A DNA stretch of 64,000 nucleotides from Candidatus Parcubacteria bacterium (lineage in GTDB: Bacteria; Patescibacteriota; Patescibacteriia; Patescibacteriales; UBA12075), in contig JAGLYP010000026.1 in assembly GCA_023132155.1 (NCBI GenBank), forward strand, positions 1,741 through 65,740, in the 5' to 3' direction. Shown here piece by piece: positions 60,672-64,000 of this stretch. A program made the translations under genes and the position numbers. Within the stretch, counting starts at the first letter, position 1, and every line of letters begins with the position of its first letter. The notes under the pieces are model-generated. The model was not told the origin of the DNA and did not search any database. It worked only from the letters and a program-made list of their open reading frames with translations.

Positions 60672-61739
60672 GTGAATATGAGGGTAATTAATTATAAAAG
60701 AAAATTAATAATTGTCGGAGTAATATTATCGGCGGTGCTTGTTGTTATTTTTAATATATTCAAAGAATATTCTGATAAGTGGGAGGTAAATCGAAATGAC
60801 AAACTTCCGATTGTGTATTCAGATAATTATGATATTACTTTGTTTGGCATGCAAAAATTGCATCCGTTTGATTCAGAAAAATATAGTAAAGTGGCTAATT
60901 ATTTAATTAAGAATGTTGAAATTGAAAAGAGCAGATTTTACGCGCCAAAAAAAATAAATGGAAGTTATTTATTATTGGTTCATACTCAAGAGTATTTAGA
61001 TTCGCTTAAGAATTCAAGAGTAGTAGCGCAAATCGCCGAGTTGGGATTATTAGCAATAATGCCGAATTTTATAATACAGGAGAGATTACTTGATTCTGTC
61101 CGGTATGGAACTGGAGGAACTGTGTTGGGTGCCGAGCTTGCCATGGAAGAGGGATGGGCAATTAATCTGGCAGGCGGATATCATCATACTAAAGCGGATA
61201 CAAGCGGTGGATTTGGTTTTTATGCTGATGTGCCGATAGCGGTAAATAAACTGTGGCAGAATAATCCTAAGCTTAAAGTATTGATAATTGACTTAGATGC
61301 TCATCAAGGAAACGGGAATGAAGCTATATTTAAGGATGATCCTAGAGTATTTATTTTGGATATGTATCACGAAGATAATTACCCTAAAGACGATAAGGTC
61401 AAGAAGTATATTGACTTTGATATACCGGTGGGGTTTATGGATACTCAAGGCTACTTAGCGATTATCAATCGGGATATTCCGAAAGCTATTGAACAGTCTC
61501 AACCAGATTTGATTATTTATAATGCCGGTACGGATATTTACAGTCGAGATCCGTTGGGTAAAATGAATGTATCAAAGGAAGGAATTATCAAGCGCGATGA
61601 AGTTATATTTCGATATGCCAAAGAGAATAATATACCTATTTTGATGGTATTGTCCGGCGGTTATGCTTTTGAGAGCGCACGGATAATAGGGGAGTCAATA
61701 GAAAATATATTAATTAACATAGTCAAATATGAACAATAA
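60672..61739 (+). CDS. Zn-dependent histone deacetylase-family protein (class IV/HDAC11-like) with N-terminal TM
   Basis: HPFD..KY, NLAGGYHH, GGF..YAD, DLDAHQGNG, YNAGTD...DPLG, LSGGY. Confidence 0.9.
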   Translation: MNMRVINYKRKLIIVGVILSAVLVVIFNIFKEYSDKWEVNRNDKLPIVYSDNYDITLFGMQKLHPFDSEKYSKVANYLIKNVEIEKSRFYAPKKINGSYLLLVHTQEYLDSLKNSRVVAQIAELGLLAIMPNFIIQERLLDSVRYGTGGTVLGAELAMEEGWAINLAGGYHHTKADTSGGFGFYADVPIAVNKLWQNNPKLKVLIIDLDAHQGNGNEAIFKDDPRVFILDMYHEDNYPKDDKVKKYIDFDIPVGFMDTQGYLAIINRDIPKAIEQSQPDLIIYNAGTDIYSRDPLGKMNVSKEGIIKRDEVIFRYAKENNIPILMVLSGGYAFESARIIGESIENILINIVKYEQ

Positions 61740-62169
61740 CAAATTAACCCCAAAAGTCGGTGTTGGTGTTTTAATTCAAAATAGCAATAACGAAGTTTTG
61801 CTTGGCGAAAGGATTGGCTCGCATGGCGAAGGCGAGTGGTGTTTTCCGGGCGGGCATTTGGATTTTGGCGAGACTATTTTTCAAACCGCGAAAAGAGAAG
61901 TAAAAGAAGAGACAGGACTTATCGTTGACGAATTTGAGTTGATTTCCGTTGCTGATGAACTTAGATATATCAAAACCGACAACAAGCATTATTTGAATAT
62001 TGGCATCAAGGCAAAGTATAAAGGCGACGAACCTAAAATAATAGAGCCTGATAAATGCAAGGAGTGGCGCTGGTTTAAATTAAACAATTTGCCGGATAAA
62101 ATGTTTGAGGGCACGGAACTTACGATTAAAAATTTTAAAGCAGGCAAGATTTATCAGAATAATAATTAA
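61729..62169 (+). CDS. Nudix hydrolase (NUDT15/MutT-like)
   Basis: P.VGVGV, R.GSHG.G.W.FPGGHL.FGE, REVKEETG, EPDKC..W.WF. Confidence 0.9.
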   Translation: MNNNKLTPKVGVGVLIQNSNNEVLLGERIGSHGEGEWCFPGGHLDFGETIFQTAKREVKEETGLIVDEFELISVADELRYIKTDNKHYLNIGIKAKYKGDEPKIIEPDKCKEWRWFKLNNLPDKMFEGTELTIKNFKAGKIYQNNN

Positions 62170-62186
62170 ATTGTAATTTTTTAAAT

Positions 62187-62826
62187 ATGCCATTAGAAGC
62201 AACGCATATTCGTTTCGCGCTTGATTTGAAAGACGAATATAAAATTAAAGATATTAAAAAATATATTTCAGGAACAGTTTATCCTGACAGTCGTTATATT
62301 ACCGGAATTGATAGAAATTTAACTCATCATGAGGATATTCTAAAATCGGAGTTTGCAAAAGATGATTTTAAAAAAGGCTGGCAAGTTCATCAAATTTGCG
62401 ACATGATTATGAACAAGGAAAAGAAAAAGGTTTTATCTAGTTCGTTTGTTGACGGGCGCGCTGGTTTTAATGAAGAAGAATGGATAATTTCGTCAGCTAT
62501 GAAAATTATTCAAGATATGAATGATATGCAAAATTTTGATTTGCAAAAAAATTTAAAATATCTTAATTTCGCGTATAACCCCAATGGTGAAAATTTAAGC
62601 GACATAAGGAAATATAATCAAATAATAATTGATTTGTATAAAAATAAAAAAGTTACCACATGTAGAGGATAATTATAAAATGTGGATTGCTCTTGGGATA
62701 AATAAAGAGCAGGGTGATAAAATAAAAGAGAAGACGGAAGATTTTTTAAAAGATAAAGGATTGGTTAAAAGAATTGAAGCAATATATGACGATATGATTG
62801 TTAATTATAAAGATGTTTTGTTTTGA
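62187..62826 (+). pseudogene. Frameshifted hypothetical metal-binding protein (zinc-dependent phospholipase C-like motifs)
   Basis: MP..ATH, G..YPD, R..TH, GW..H..CD; two overlapping ORFs join if one base near 62661 is removed. Confidence 0.6.
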
Positions 62827-62931
62827 TTAAAAAATAAAAAATCATAAAAATAAAATATTAGACAATATGTTAAGCGGGCGTTTTTAAATGCCGTTTTTTA
62901 TTATCTAAAATAAGCCAAAAAATAAATATTT

Positions 62932-62958
62932 TTAGCACTCTTGACACAAGAGTGCTAG
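62932..62958 (+). promoter_or_regulatory. CIRCE operator overlapping the hrcA promoter
   Basis: TTAGCACTC-N9-GAGTGCTAG; the spacer holds -35 TTGACA, and TATTAT lies at 62965-62970. Confidence 0.93.
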
Positions 62959-62976
62959 TTGGTGTATTATGTCATT

Positions 62977-63663
62977 ATGGACGAAAGAAAAGAGTTGATT
63001 TTAAATACAATTATTAAGGAACATATAAAAACAGGGCTTCCTGTGAGTTCCGGCGTTTTGGTGGAAAAGTATAAATTGAATATATCACCAGCTACGGTTA
63101 GGAATGAAATGGCTGTACTGGAAGACGAAGAGTATATAATTCAACCGCATACTTCCGCGGGAAGAATTCCAACGGAAAAAGCTTATAAATTATTTATTGA
63201 AAATATTCAGCCTAAAAAAATAAATCAATCGGATAGAGCGGGCTTAGAAGAATTGCTTGAACAATCCACTGAGGAGAATTTGAAAAACGCGGCCAAAAAA
63301 CTTTCCAGCCTTTCAGGCGCAACTGTTTTTTGGGCTTTTCATAGGCATAATTTGTATTACACCGGAATATCAAATTTATTTCAGCAGCCTGAATTTTCCG
63401 AGCTTAGTATTATTTATGATATTTCCGCGATTATTGACAGGATTGATGAGATAATAAATGATATATTTGACGAAATTGAAGATGGGATAAATATCAGAAT
63501 CGGTTCAGACAGTCCGTTCGGGAGTTTTAGCGGCACTATTATGGCTAAATATAAAATCGGCGAGCACACGGGTTTGTTCGGAGTTTTAAGCCCTGTTAGA
63601 ATGGATTATGAAAAAAATTTAACTTTAATAAATTTTGTTTATGATAGACTAAAAATAATCTAA
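62977..63663 (+). CDS. hrcA: Heat-inducible transcription repressor HrcA (short form)
   Basis: R...IL..II..HI.TG.PVSS, SPATVRNEMA.LE, PHTSAGRIPT, P.RMDY; CIRCE upstream and grpE downstream. Confidence 0.93.
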   Translation: MDERKELILNTIIKEHIKTGLPVSSGVLVEKYKLNISPATVRNEMAVLEDEEYIIQPHTSAGRIPTEKAYKLFIENIQPKKINQSDRAGLEELLEQSTEENLKNAAKKLSSLSGATVFWAFHRHNLYYTGISNLFQQPEFSELSIIYDISAIIDRIDEIINDIFDEIEDGINIRIGSDSPFGSFSGTIMAKYKIGEHTGLFGVLSPVRMDYEKNLTLINFVYDRLKII

Positions 63664-63728
63664 TTATAATTTTATTTTAATAAATTTTGTGTATATTATA
63701 GATTAAAGACGCTTTAAAGTATAATCTT

Positions 63729-64000
63729 ATGGGAGAAAAAAAGATTAAGAATCCAAAAATAAAACCGGAAAAAGTTAAAAAGCTATCGGACAAAGAAAAG
63801 TATGAAGATTTAAATAATAAATATAGGCGCGCTTTAGCGGATTATCAAAATTTATTAAAGAGAACAGCCGTGGAAAATCAAGAATTTATTAAATACGCGA
63901 ATGAAAGATTGTTGCATGAAATTTTACCGGTTTATGATAATTTAAAAATTTCATTATCCCATATTGACGAAGAGGCGCAAGGCAACGGCTGGGCCGAAGG
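63729..64000 (+). CDS. grpE: Nucleotide exchange factor GrpE, 3'-partial
   Basis: KYRRALADYQNLLKR...KYANERLLHEILPVYDNL; follows hrcA. Confidence 0.9.
   Translation, partial: MGEKKIKNPKIKPEKVKKLSDKEKYEDLNNKYRRALADYQNLLKRTAVENQEFIKYANERLLHEILPVYDNLKISLSHIDEEAQGNGWAE

Overview
AT-rich bacterial chromosome segment read in genetic code 11. The gene content (giant surface protein, type IV pilin, short HrcA, IleRS2, mostly SD-less starts) suggests a Patescibacteria/CPR genome (Parcubacteria/ABY1-like); this is inference. Every gene except uvrB lies on the + strand. From left to right: SH3 protein, pilin, Cys-rich lipoprotein, a 4731-aa modular surface protein and an FN3 protein; yrbG-map-yqgF-recO; T-box-controlled non-discriminating aspS; GGDEF, PHP, histidine kinase and ferredoxin genes; convergent uvrC/uvrB; MUG-like glycosylase and AbiE toxin-antitoxin; ileS, tRNA thiolase, PilB-like ATPase, lemA-htpX-pepA; secA, secD (with inserted parvulin domains), secF; proB-like and proS; mreBCD-mrdA; a HAD/Nudix/HDAC cassette; CIRCE-hrcA-grpE. 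The most notable signals are: (1) a complete ribosome-mediated proline attenuator (Pro-containing leader peptide with alternative hairpins) before proB/proS; (2) an ultrashort-Stem-I T-box of the actinobacterial ileS type that carries an Asn specifier and a transcription terminator; (3) a 97-bp palindrome that supplies the stop codons of both uvrC and uvrB; (4) several families of small repeats, some inserted in frame into genes.
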